A program made the position numbers and the translations under genes. The notes below the pieces were generated by a model that saw only the letters and a list, made by a program, of their open reading frames with translations, made no database searches and was not told the origin of the DNA. Positions 43,227 to 51,682 of a stretch of DNA of 64,000 bases are shown here, one piece after another; position 1 is the first letter of the stretch; each line of letters begins with the position of its first letter. The stretch comes from an uncultured Chloroflexia bacterium. GTDB lineage: Bacteria; Chloroflexota; Limnocylindria; Limnocylindrales; CSP1-4. The stretch lies in assembly GCA_963806265.1 (NCBI GenBank), contig CAWDXT010000004.1, positions 4,818 through 68,817 on the forward strand, written 5' to 3'.

Positions 43227-44645
43227 CTAGAAGTTGCTGCTGAACAGCGCAGGCGGCAGGTGGATACCCATCACCTCGAACTTCTCGACGAACTTGGGCC
43301 GGATCCCGGTGGGCTTGAGGTGGCCCTGGATCTTGCCCTCCACGATGCCCGTCTGCTCGAACACGAACACGTCCTGCATGACGATGACATCGCCCTCCAT
43401 GCCCTGGACCTCGGTGACGTTGGTGATCCGTCGGGTTCCGTCCTTGAGACGGGACTGGTGGACGATGATGTCCACCGCCGACGCGATCTGCTCCCGGATG
43501 GCGCGCACGGGCAGGTCCACGCCGGCCATCAGCACCATCGTCTCGAGCCGCGACAGCATGTCCCGCGGGCTGTTGGCGTGGCCGGTGGACATCGAGCCGT
43601 CGTGGCCGGTGTTCATGGCCTGGAGCATGTCCAGCGCCTCGCCCGACCGGCACTCGCCGACGATGATCCGGTCGGGCCGCATGCGCAGCGAGTTGCGGAC
43701 CAGCTCCCGGATGGGGATCTGTCCCTTGCCCTCGATGTTGGGCGGGCGCGACTCGAGGGTCACGACGTGCTCCTGCCGGAGCTGCAGCTCGGCGGCATCC
43801 TCGATGGTCACGATCCGCTCGTCGTTGGGGATGAACGACGAGAGCACGTTGAGCGTCGTCGTCTTGCCCGAGCCGGTTCCGCCGGAGACGAAGATGTTGA
43901 GCCGCGCCTCCACGGAGGCGCGCAGGAACTCGAACATCTCGGCGGTCGACGTCCCGAACCGGATCAGGTCGTCCACGGTGAAGGGTGAGGCCGAGAACTT
44001 CCGGATCGTGACCACGGGGCCCACCAGCGACAGCGGCGGGATGATCGCGTTGACGCGCGAGCCGTCGGTCAGGCGCGCGTCCACCATCGGGCTGGACTCG
44101 TCCACGCGGCGTCCGATCGGAGCGATGATCCGATCGATGATGCGCATCACGTGGTCGTCGTTCTGGAACACGACGTTGGTCAGCTCGAGACGGCCGCTGC
44201 GCTCGATGTAGACCTGGCGCGGGCCGTTGACCATGACCTCGGAGATGCTCTCGTCGCGGAGCAGCGGCTCGAGGGGGCCGAGGCCGATGATCTCATCGGT
44301 GATCTGCTCCAGCATCCGCACCCGCTCGGCGCGGGTGAGAGCGAGACCCTCCTCGTCGATGACCTTGCCGAAGATGTCCTCGATCTGGCGGCGAACCTCG
44401 ACCTGGTTGGACAGGTCGAGCTTGGGGTCCAGGTCCTGGATGACGCGGTTCTGGATCCGGAACTTGACGTCACGGAACGACTCGCGGACGGGAGCCTGGG
44501 TCATCAGCCGCGCGCTCGGCGGGCTCGCCGGCGCCGGGGCCTGGGGCGTGCCGGCGCCGTCCTGGGCGGGGGCTGGGACGTTGGAACCGTCGGGCGCCGT
44601 CCCGGCGCCGGGACGGGCGCTTTCGATCCGCTTCAGGAGGGACAT
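43227..44645 (-). CDS. cpaF: Tad pilus assembly ATPase CpaF/TadA
   Basis: GGTGSGKTT, IEDAAEL, LRMRPDRIIVGE, AMNTGHDG. Confidence 0.96.
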   Translation of the reverse strand: MSLLKRIESARPGAGTAPDGSNVPAPAQDGAGTPQAPAPASPPSARLMTQAPVRESFRDVKFRIQNRVIQDLDPKLDLSNQVEVRRQIEDIFGKVIDEEGLALTRAERVRMLEQITDEIIGLGPLEPLLRDESISEVMVNGPRQVYIERSGRLELTNVVFQNDDHVMRIIDRIIAPIGRRVDESSPMVDARLTDGSRVNAIIPPLSLVGPVVTIRKFSASPFTVDDLIRFGTSTAEMFEFLRASVEARLNIFVSGGTGSGKTTTLNVLSSFIPNDERIVTIEDAAELQLRQEHVVTLESRPPNIEGKGQIPIRELVRNSLRMRPDRIIVGECRSGEALDMLQAMNTGHDGSMSTGHANSPRDMLSRLETMVLMAGVDLPVRAIREQIASAVDIIVHQSRLKDGTRRITNVTEVQGMEGDVIVMQDVFVFEQTGIVEGKIQGHLKPTGIRPKFVEKFEVMGIHLPPALFSSNF

Positions 44646-44691
44646 CAGTTACACCCCTTCGGCCGCGTGCGGCCATGCAACACCTGCCGCG

Positions 44692-45961
44692 TCATCGCCA
44701 CGCGAACAGTGACTTCTTCTGGCTTGTCTTCCCGGCGGAGCGGCGGAAGCGACGGCCTCGACGGCCTTCGTCCCCACCACGGCCTGTGCGAGGCGAAGGA
44801 TGTCCTGCGACACCTGTGCCTCGCGGTTGGACAGGAAGAATGGCACCCCCCGGTTGAGGGCGTAGACAACGCTTCGACCGTCGGAGACGATCGTGTGATC
44901 CACGCGCCGCCCGATCGAGTGCTCCACGTCGGCGACGCGGATGCCCAGCGACGAGTCGGCACGGTTGAGCACCAGCCGGATCTTGTCCGACGAGTAGCCC
45001 AGCTGCTCCGCGACCTCGAGGAACAGCCGGATGTTCTTGATCGACGTGATCTCGAGCGACAGCATCGTGAGCACCACGTCCGCCTGGTCCAGGATGGCCA
45101 GCGTCGTGTCGTTGAACGACGCCATGCAGTCAACCACCACCAGGTCGTTCTCCCGTCGCAGCGCCTCGACGATCACCTTGGCGCCGGCGGGGGTGATCAG
45201 CTCCGCCATCTCGGGCGTCGGCGGGGCGAGCAGGACCCGGATCCCGGCCGAGTGGCTGACGACGAACGTGTCCAGCGACTCCGGCTCCCCGCTCTCGAGC
45301 TCGGGGATGAGGTCGGCGATGGACTTGTTCTTGGGATTGAGATTGAGCAGCACACCCACGTCGCCGAACTGGAACGAGCCGTCCATGAGGCACGTCCGCT
45401 GGCCAAGCTCCGTGGCGGCCGCCACCGCCAGGTTCACGGCAAGGGTCGTTCGTCCCACGCCACCCTTGGGACCGAACACCGCCACGACGCGACCGGGTTC
45501 GCGATCTCCGGGCGACGCGCTCGTCGTTGCCTGGGCGGCCGACGCTGCCGCGGGCTGGGCGGAGATCCGGGACATCTTCTCGCGCTCGCGCGTGCACACC
45601 TGCCGGATGGACGAGGTCAGCTCGTCGGACGAGAAGGGCTTGACGAGGTACTCGCGCGCGCCGGCGAGCATCGATCGGCGGAGGTAGTCCGCCTCGCCCT
45701 GCACCGACATCATCACCACCGAGGTCGTCGGGACCTCGGCCGCAAGTCGCTCCGTGGCGGCGATGCCGTCCATGTCGGGCATGTTGATGTCCATCAGGAC
45801 CACGTCCGGCATGAGGCTTGCGGCCATCGTCGAGCGCCTCGCCGCCCGGACGCCGCCGCCCCCACGACCTCGATGTCCGTCTCGAAGCCGAGCAGCTTCG
45901 AGAGGTGGTCGCGAGTCTCCGAGATGTCATCGACGATGAGGACGCGGATCTGGTCAGCCAT
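44692..45961 (-). CDS. cpaE: CpaE/TadZ-like protein: receiver domain plus MinD/ParA ATPase (frameshifts near 45845 and the 3' end)
   Basis: RVLIVDD, VVLMDINMP, YLVKP; KGGVGRTT, VLNRAD; likely ends KKSLFAWR. Confidence 0.88.
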
Positions 45962-46074
45962 GGGAGTGGTCGTGGTGCCTCGGACGGGTGGTCATGACAG
46001 TGGCGGGACGGCGCCCCGCCGGGATGGGGATGGGCCGGCGGTCACCGGCCCATCGGGTTGCTGGACGGGTTGCG

Positions 46075-47082
46075 CTACCCCGCCGGGCTGGGGCTCGGGC
46101 TGGGGCTCGGGCTGGGAACCACGGCCGGGTGGCCTGACGGCAGCACGTTGGGCAGCGGCGACGGCTGGATGACCTGGACCAGCTGCGGCGGCAGGACGCC
46201 ATAGTCGTCCACGAGGACCCGGAGCGTGACGCCCGTGGTCGGGATGATCGGACACGGCGTCGGCTGGCCGGCGGCCGTCTGGCAGTCGGTGGTCGCGCGC
46301 AGCACGAGCGAGATGTCGCCCTGCATCTGCGCGAACTTGATGACCTCGGCCTGCTGGACGGTGGCCGCGACGATCACCAGCTCCTGCTGATCGGGGTTCA
46401 CGGTGTTGGCCGAGCCGGTCGTCGTGCCGGCGTTGTTGCCGGTGTTTGCGGGCGGCGGCGGCAGCAGCGTGCCCAGCACCTGCAGGCCCTCGGCGAGCAC
46501 CTTGACCGTGGTCGGGTTGTACGCGACGTTGCACCGAGGTCGGCGGGTGTGACGAGCGTGCCGGCCGCGCTCGGGGCGGGCGAGCCACCGGCCTTGGGTG
46601 TCGGTCGCGGGCAGGTACTGGACCAGCGGCACGGCGTCGCCGGTCAGGCCCATCACGAGGTCCACGTAGTCACCGGACTTGATCAGGGTGCCGACGCCGG
46701 TCGCCTGGTTCACGAGCAGCGACACGCCCACGTACCCGTCAGGCACCTGGATGTTGTGTTCCCGGTGTGCCGAACATCGCGGAGGTGATCAGCTGGCCCT
46801 TGGTGATCGCCTGGCGGGCAGTCTGGCCGACCACGAACGCACAGTCCGCATAGCTGTCGGCGGGCTTGTCCTTGTTGTCGATCTCCTGCGTGGTGCAGTC
46901 GACTGTCGTGAGCTTGGTGCTGAGCGCGATGTCGCGCGCGGCGACCACGACGGTGACCTTCGTGACGGTCTCGTTGGCCGGATCGGCGTCCCCTACCGCC
47001 GAGGAGACGAACAGATCAGGACGAACGCGACGACCGCGAGGAAGATCCCGATGAGCAGGACCAACCGATTTGAGCGTTTCAA
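46075..47082 (-). CDS. cpaB: Flp pilus assembly protein CpaB/RcpC (several frameshifts)
   Basis: N-terminal TM, VVVAARDI SAF domain, GVGTLIKSGDYVDLV, ISLVLR. Confidence 0.82.
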
Positions 47083-47281
47083 CGAAGCCTCCCCGAACCG
47101 TGTGACAGGTGGCACCACTCTAGCACCGGGTTTGCTCCCCGTTACCGCCCAATAGGGCTAGGACCCTTGGGAGGAAATGGGTAGAGCGGCTGCACACCGA
47201 AAGGTGCGCTGCAAGGCTAGCGGATCCATTGGATGGACGCGTGTGTCGGACGCCCGACACCAGGGGGCCGCCGGAATCAGA

Positions 47282-47316
47282 AGAGGGGTCCTCGCCGTGC
47301 GGTGAGGGCCCCTCTC
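47282..47316 (-). terminator. Hairpin terminator after flp-1
   Basis: AGAGGGGTCCTCGCC / GGTGAGGGCCCCTCT inverted repeat. Confidence 0.65.
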
Positions 47317-47332
47317 GTGCACTGCGGCGCTG

Positions 47333-47532
47333 TCAGGGCGCGTACGACTCGAGCGTCGCCGCCGATGGTGCTGAGCTTGTCGCTGATCTGGCTGCCCAGG
47401 AAGATCAGGGCGACGATGGCGACGATGGCGATGAGCGCGAGGATGAGTGCGTACTCGGCCAGCCCCTGGCCGTCCTCGTCATGCCGGCCGCATAGCGGCC
47501 AGGACGACGGTCGTGAGCTTCGAAAGGATCAT
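47333..47532 (-). CDS. flp: Flp family type IVb pilin 1 (frameshifted; missed by the ORF track)
   Basis: DEDGQGLAEYALILALIAIVAIVALIFLGSQISDKLSTIG; GGAGG Shine-Dalgarno. Confidence 0.88.
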
Positions 47533-47619
47533 GAGCTTGATCACCTCCCTTCCGGAGCTGGTGGCTCCGACCGGGGGTGACGCGGCGGGATACCCCGACC
47601 GCCGTCCCCCGGTGCGGCT

Positions 47620-47647
47620 ACGGTAGATGGTCCGGTGCGCAATGCAA
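47620..47647 (-). promoter_or_regulatory. Sigma70-like promoter of flp-1 (TTGCAT-16-TACCGT)
   Basis: Read on the minus strand. Confidence 0.45.
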
Positions 47648-47744
47648 CCGGACGAACGTCCTGCTGGTGCGTCCGGCCACCAACGACAAGGCGCCGGCCG
47701 CCCATCGGGCTGCCGGCGCCTCGATTGGTCAACGAGTCGGTCGG

Positions 47745-47916
47745 CTAGACGGAGTTGCCGACGGTCGACAGGATGCTCGACACCTGGCTGCCCAGGAAGA
47801 TGAGGGCGATGATCGCGACGATCGCGATGAGCGCGAGGATCAGCGCGTACTCCGCGAGACCCTGGCCTTCCTCGTCACGAGACGACGAGCGAGATAAGTG
47901 CGTTGAACAGCGTCAT
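47745..47916 (-). CDS. flp: Flp family type IVb pilin 2 (frameshift in the leader; missed by the ORF track)
   Basis: RDEEGQGLAEYALILALIAIVAIIALIFLGSQVSSILSTVGNSV; AAGGAGGT Shine-Dalgarno. Confidence 0.9.
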
Positions 47917-47972
47917 AAGTGGTTCGTACCTCCTTTCCCCGAAGCTCGCGGGTCGCACCCGCGGCGACCGGC

Positions 47973-48001
47973 ACGATAGGCGGAGCCGGCGCGTTCGTCA
48001 A
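47973..48001 (-). promoter_or_regulatory. Near-consensus sigma70 promoter of flp-2 (TTGACG-17-TATCGT)
   Basis: Read on the minus strand. Confidence 0.65.
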
Positions 48002-48052
48002 TACCGCGCGACGCATATCTGGCGCGCACATGGCACCTCGGCGGGACATGAA

Positions 48053-48084
48053 GAAAGGGCCGCCGGCGAACCGGCGGCCCTTTC
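48053..48084 (-). terminator. Rho-independent terminator after flp-3
   Basis: GAAAGGGCCGCCGG-cgaa-CCGGCGGCCCTTTC, perfect 14-bp stem. Confidence 0.85.
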
Positions 48085-48103
48085 GTGCAGGTCGTCGTGT
48101 CGG

Positions 48104-48274
48104 CTAGACCGAGTTGCCGACGGTCGACAGGATGCTCGAAACCTGGCCGCCCAGGAAGATGAGGGCGATGATCGCGACGATCGCGATGAGCGCGAGGATC
48201 AGCGCGTACTCCGCGAGACCCTGGCCTTCCTCGTCCGTGCGGATCGAGGCAATGAGCGAGGTGATGAGTGCCAT
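48104..48274 (-). CDS. flp: Flp family type IVb pilin 3
   Basis: MALITSLIASIRTDEEG|QGLAEYALILALIAIVAIIALIFLGGQVSSILSTVGNSV. Confidence 0.93.
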   Translation of the reverse strand: MALITSLIASIRTDEEGQGLAEYALILALIAIVAIIALIFLGGQVSSILSTVGNSV

Positions 48275-48410
48275 GCGTTTCCTCCCGAGAGAGATATGAG
48301 GGCCCGCCCTGGAAGCCCAGGGCTGCCCCAACGTACCCAGTGGCCGCGTCAGTGCCAATACGCCAATGGTCCTATTCGCTGACGCGCCGTTGCGCGCGCG
48401 CGACGACGGC

Positions 48411-48575
48411 TCAGGAGCCACCGTGGGCGGCGTCCACCAGCACCCCGATCGCGTCGGCAAGCACGCCGCCGAAGAAGGCGACGATGACAACCGCCAGCAG
48501 GATCGCCAGGCCGAGCACGATCGTCGTCTCGAGGATCCCCGGGCCGGCCTCCCCGCCGGCTTGCCGAGCCGTCAT
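48411..48575 (-). CDS. Divergent Flp-like minor pilin (54 aa)
   Basis: EAG|PGILETTIVLGLAILLAVVIVAFFGG: Gly cleavage site, Glu+5, hydrophobic helix. Confidence 0.6.
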   Translation of the reverse strand: MTARQAGGEAGPGILETTIVLGLAILLAVVIVAFFGGVLADAIGVLVDAAHGGS

Positions 48576-49761
48576 CCCCGCCGCGGGCCGCCTCCGGGAC
48601 CGATCAGTGGGTAGCGGAACCGCCAGGCGCAGCTCGCCGCCCCCGCCCAGCATCTCGAGCGTGGCGCCGATCGACTGCGCACGCGCGGCCACGTCGCGGG
48701 TCGTGGCGGCGGGCAGCACGACGATCGCCGCCGCCTCCGCGGCCGCAACCGCCGAGGCCCTGTCATCGTGCCGCTCCTGGATCATCTGCTTGATCGCATC
48801 CGGCACGTCGCCCTCCGGAACGTCGGGCAGCGGCTCCGATTCCTCGTCGGACAGCACGGCGCCGCGTTGGGCCACCAGGCGGATCTCGAGCCCATCGCTC
48901 CAGTCGGCTGTGAGCTCGAGGCGGTCCGGCCGGAGGCGCAGGTAGGCCGTCAGCGCCTGGTCCACGATCCGGAACGCGGTCGTCTCCACCTCCATCGGCA
49001 GCCGGTGGTCCTGGCCCAGCGACTCGAAGGCCACCGGAATGCCCGCCTGCCGGCCGCGATCACGAGCGGCGCGCCGCAGCGTCGGCACCAGGCCGAGATC
49101 GTCGAGGACCATCGGGCGCACGTCGAAGATGAAGCTCTTGGTCGCGTCGAGCGTCTGCTGGACCATCGAGACGAGGAGATCGAGCTCGCTCTGCGCCTGT
49201 GACGGGTCACGGTCGACGAGCCGCGCCGCGATCTGCGCCTGGAGCACGATGTTGGTCAGGGACTGCGCCGGCCCGTCGTGCATCGCACGCGCGATGTCAC
49301 GGCGGAGATCCTCCTGGGCGTTGAGCACCACGCGCGAGACCGAGGGCGGGAGCGCGTCCGGGATGGCGCCCGGCGCGCCGGGTTCGGCCGCGGCGGCGGC
49401 GCTGCCGCGGCCTCGGCATCGGCCGCCCCGAGCCGGCGACCACGGCTGCGACGGCGTCCCGATGTCGCGCCAGCGCCTTGCGCTTGCCATCGAGCAGGTC
49501 GACCTGGCTTTCCATGAGCACGGCTCGCCGGGTCAGCGTCACCAGCTGGCCGTACGACTCCGGGGAGGCGTCGCTGGCCGCGCTCTCGAGCCGCTCCGCC
49601 GCGGCGGCGCGCTTCTGCTCGTGGCGAGTTGCCTCGGCCCGTGCCTGGCCGACCAGCATGTCGATCTCGGCCAGCTCGCGATCGAGGGCGTCGACGTCGG
49701 CGGTGAGGCGTCCGGCAAGATCCTGGCTCGGGCCGGCGGACAGCTCCGGGGTGTCGGTCAT
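48572..49761 (-). CDS. DegS-like HisKA_3 protein with a degenerate ATPase domain (frameshift near 49420)
   Basis: Coiled-coil N-terminus, QEDLRRDIARAMHDGPAQ, RPMVLDDLGL; N, D and G boxes missing. Confidence 0.75.
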
Positions 49762-49788
49762 GGTCGCTCGGCCCGTCAGTGACGGCGC

Positions 49789-50529
49789 TCAATCCTCGGG
49801 CATCCGGATCCAGCCCTGGCGCATCGCGTACACCACGGCCTGCGTGCGGTCGTTGACCGACAGCTTGCGCAGGATCGAGCTCATGTGGTTCTTGACCGTC
49901 TGCTCCGAGATCGACAGCGCATAGGCGACCTGCTTGTTGGTCATGCCCTGGGCGATGTTGTCCAGGATCTCCACCTCGCGCGGCGACAGTGGGGCGAAGA
50001 TCGGCGCCGCTTCCTGGCCGTAGACCGCCAGCTCGCGGAACTCCTTGAGCACCCGCGACGCGACAGCGGGCTTGCTGAACACCTTGTCGTTGATCAGGTA
50101 CTCACCGTTCACGACCCGCCGGATGATCATCACCAGGTCCTCGGGCGCGATGTCCTTGAGGATGAACGCCGCGGCGCCGGCCTTGATGGCCTCGAACAGC
50201 GCGTCCTCGTCCTCCTCGGTGGACAGGACCACGATCGCCGACGACGGCAGCTCGCGCTTGACCCGCTGCGTGGTCTCGATGCCGCCCGGGGCGGGCAGCG
50301 AGAGGTCCATCAGGATCACGTCGGGGTTGGTCGCGAGCGACGCGTCCATCGCGGTGCGCGCATCGTCGGCCTCGCCGACGATCTCGAAGTCCGCCTCGCG
50401 CTCGAGGATCTGGCGGATGCCCACGCGGAACAGGGCATGGTCGTCGACGATCAGGATCCGTACCTGCTCGAACGACTCGTTCCGCCGATCCGTGCCACGT
50501 CGGCGCTCGGGACCCTGGTACTCGGTCAT
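49789..50529 (-). CDS. NarL/DegU-family response regulator
   Basis: IVDDH, ILMDL, FILKD, LSPREVEIL..GMTNKQVA..TVKNH. Confidence 0.95.
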   Translation of the reverse strand: MTEYQGPERRRGTDRRNESFEQVRILIVDDHALFRVGIRQILEREADFEIVGEADDARTAMDASLATNPDVILMDLSLPAPGGIETTQRVKRELPSSAIVVLSTEEDEDALFEAIKAGAAAFILKDIAPEDLVMIIRRVVNGEYLINDKVFSKPAVASRVLKEFRELAVYGQEAAPIFAPLSPREVEILDNIAQGMTNKQVAYALSISEQTVKNHMSSILRKLSVNDRTQAVVYAMRQGWIRMPED

Positions 50530-51659
50530 CGGTTCTCCTTTCGCGTCAACGGGATCGCCAGCCGGACCACCGTGCCCGCCCCGGGACGGGACTGCACCTC
50601 GAAGGTTGCGCCGATGAGCTCGGCGCGCTCGCGCATGAACTGGAGCCCGAAGTTACGGCGCCCGCGCGCGGCGACCGCTCCGACGTCGAACCCACGGCCG
50701 TCGTCGCGGATCTCCAGCACCCATTGTCCATCGTCCAGCCGCGACGCGACGAGCACGCTCGACGCGCCCGCGTGCTTGCGGACATTCTGCAGGGCCTCCT
50801 GGACCACGCGCAGCGCGACCGTCTGGGCCGCCTCGGCGAGGTCGTCGGTCGAGCCGCGCAGCTCGGTCGTGATCCGCAGGCCGGAGAGGGCGGCCTGGGT
50901 GGCCACCGTCTCGGCGATCGAGCCGTCGAGACCCAGCTCCACCAGCGCCGGCGGCCGGAGCTGGCCGATGAACGTGCGCACGTCGCCCAGCTCGCGGCGG
51001 AGCCGCTCGCGCATGAGCCGCAGCTCCGAGCGGGCGAGCGACGGGTTCCCGTCCAGCACCCGGTCGATGTAGTCCACCTGGAAGATGGCGTTCGACAGCG
51101 CCTGGGCCGGGCCGTCGTGCACCTCCTGGGCCAGCCGAACGCGCTCCGCCTCCTGGGCCTCGACGATCCGCATCTGGAGCTCGGTCGAGGCGCGCGGCAG
51201 CGACGAGTCGCCGATCAGCGACGCGTCGCCTCGCTCGACGAACAGCCAGGTCGCGTCGAGGTGGCGGATGGCCAGCTCGAGGCGCGCAAGCTCCGCGTTG
51301 CGCCGGCCAAGGTCCCCGCGCGTGCGCTCCACGCTCGATCGGGTCGAGCGCAGCCGGCCGTCGGCCGCCCCGGCCTCGGCCGCCTCCAGCGCCTCCCGGT
51401 CGCTCGTGCCGTCAATCGCGGCCGATGCCGCCGGCGCCGGCTCCACGACCGTGTCCGCCGCGAGATCGACCTCGGCCGGTCGCTCGAGCTCGTCCAGGTC
51501 GTCGCGCAGGGTCTCCCAGTGGGCGACCTCGTCGAGGTAGGCCTCGCGGAACCGGTCGCGCACGCTACGGAGCGTGTTGGCGGCGAACGCCAGCGCCTCG
51601 GCGGATTCGGCCAGCAGCTCGTCGTAGCGGCTCCCGGGTGACCCGGTCTGCGATCCCAT
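50526..51659 (-). CDS. Soluble DegS-like sensor histidine kinase
   Basis: QEAERVRLAQEVHDGPAQ, EALQNVRKHA, DDGRGF, FGLQFMRER; no TM; start preceded by TACACT-7nt. Confidence 0.92.
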   Translation of the reverse strand: MGSQTGSPGSRYDELLAESAEALAFAANTLRSVRDRFREAYLDEVAHWETLRDDLDELERPAEVDLAADTVVEPAPAASAAIDGTSDREALEAAEAGAADGRLRSTRSSVERTRGDLGRRNAELARLELAIRHLDATWLFVERGDASLIGDSSLPRASTELQMRIVEAQEAERVRLAQEVHDGPAQALSNAIFQVDYIDRVLDGNPSLARSELRLMRERLRRELGDVRTFIGQLRPPALVELGLDGSIAETVATQAALSGLRITTELRGSTDDLAEAAQTVALRVVQEALQNVRKHAGASSVLVASRLDDGQWVLEIRDDGRGFDVGAVAARGRRNFGLQFMRERAELIGATFEVQSRPGAGTVVRLAIPLTRKENR

Positions 51660-51682
51660 CGGCGTGAGTGTATCGGCCGCGC

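Noticed and set aside
47185-47240. c-di-GMP-I riboswitch (GCACACC-GAAA-GGTGCG hairpin)
   Set aside because: It lies on the strand opposite cpaB and lacks the GGCAAAC / GACGCAAAGC consensus; an Infernal search would settle it
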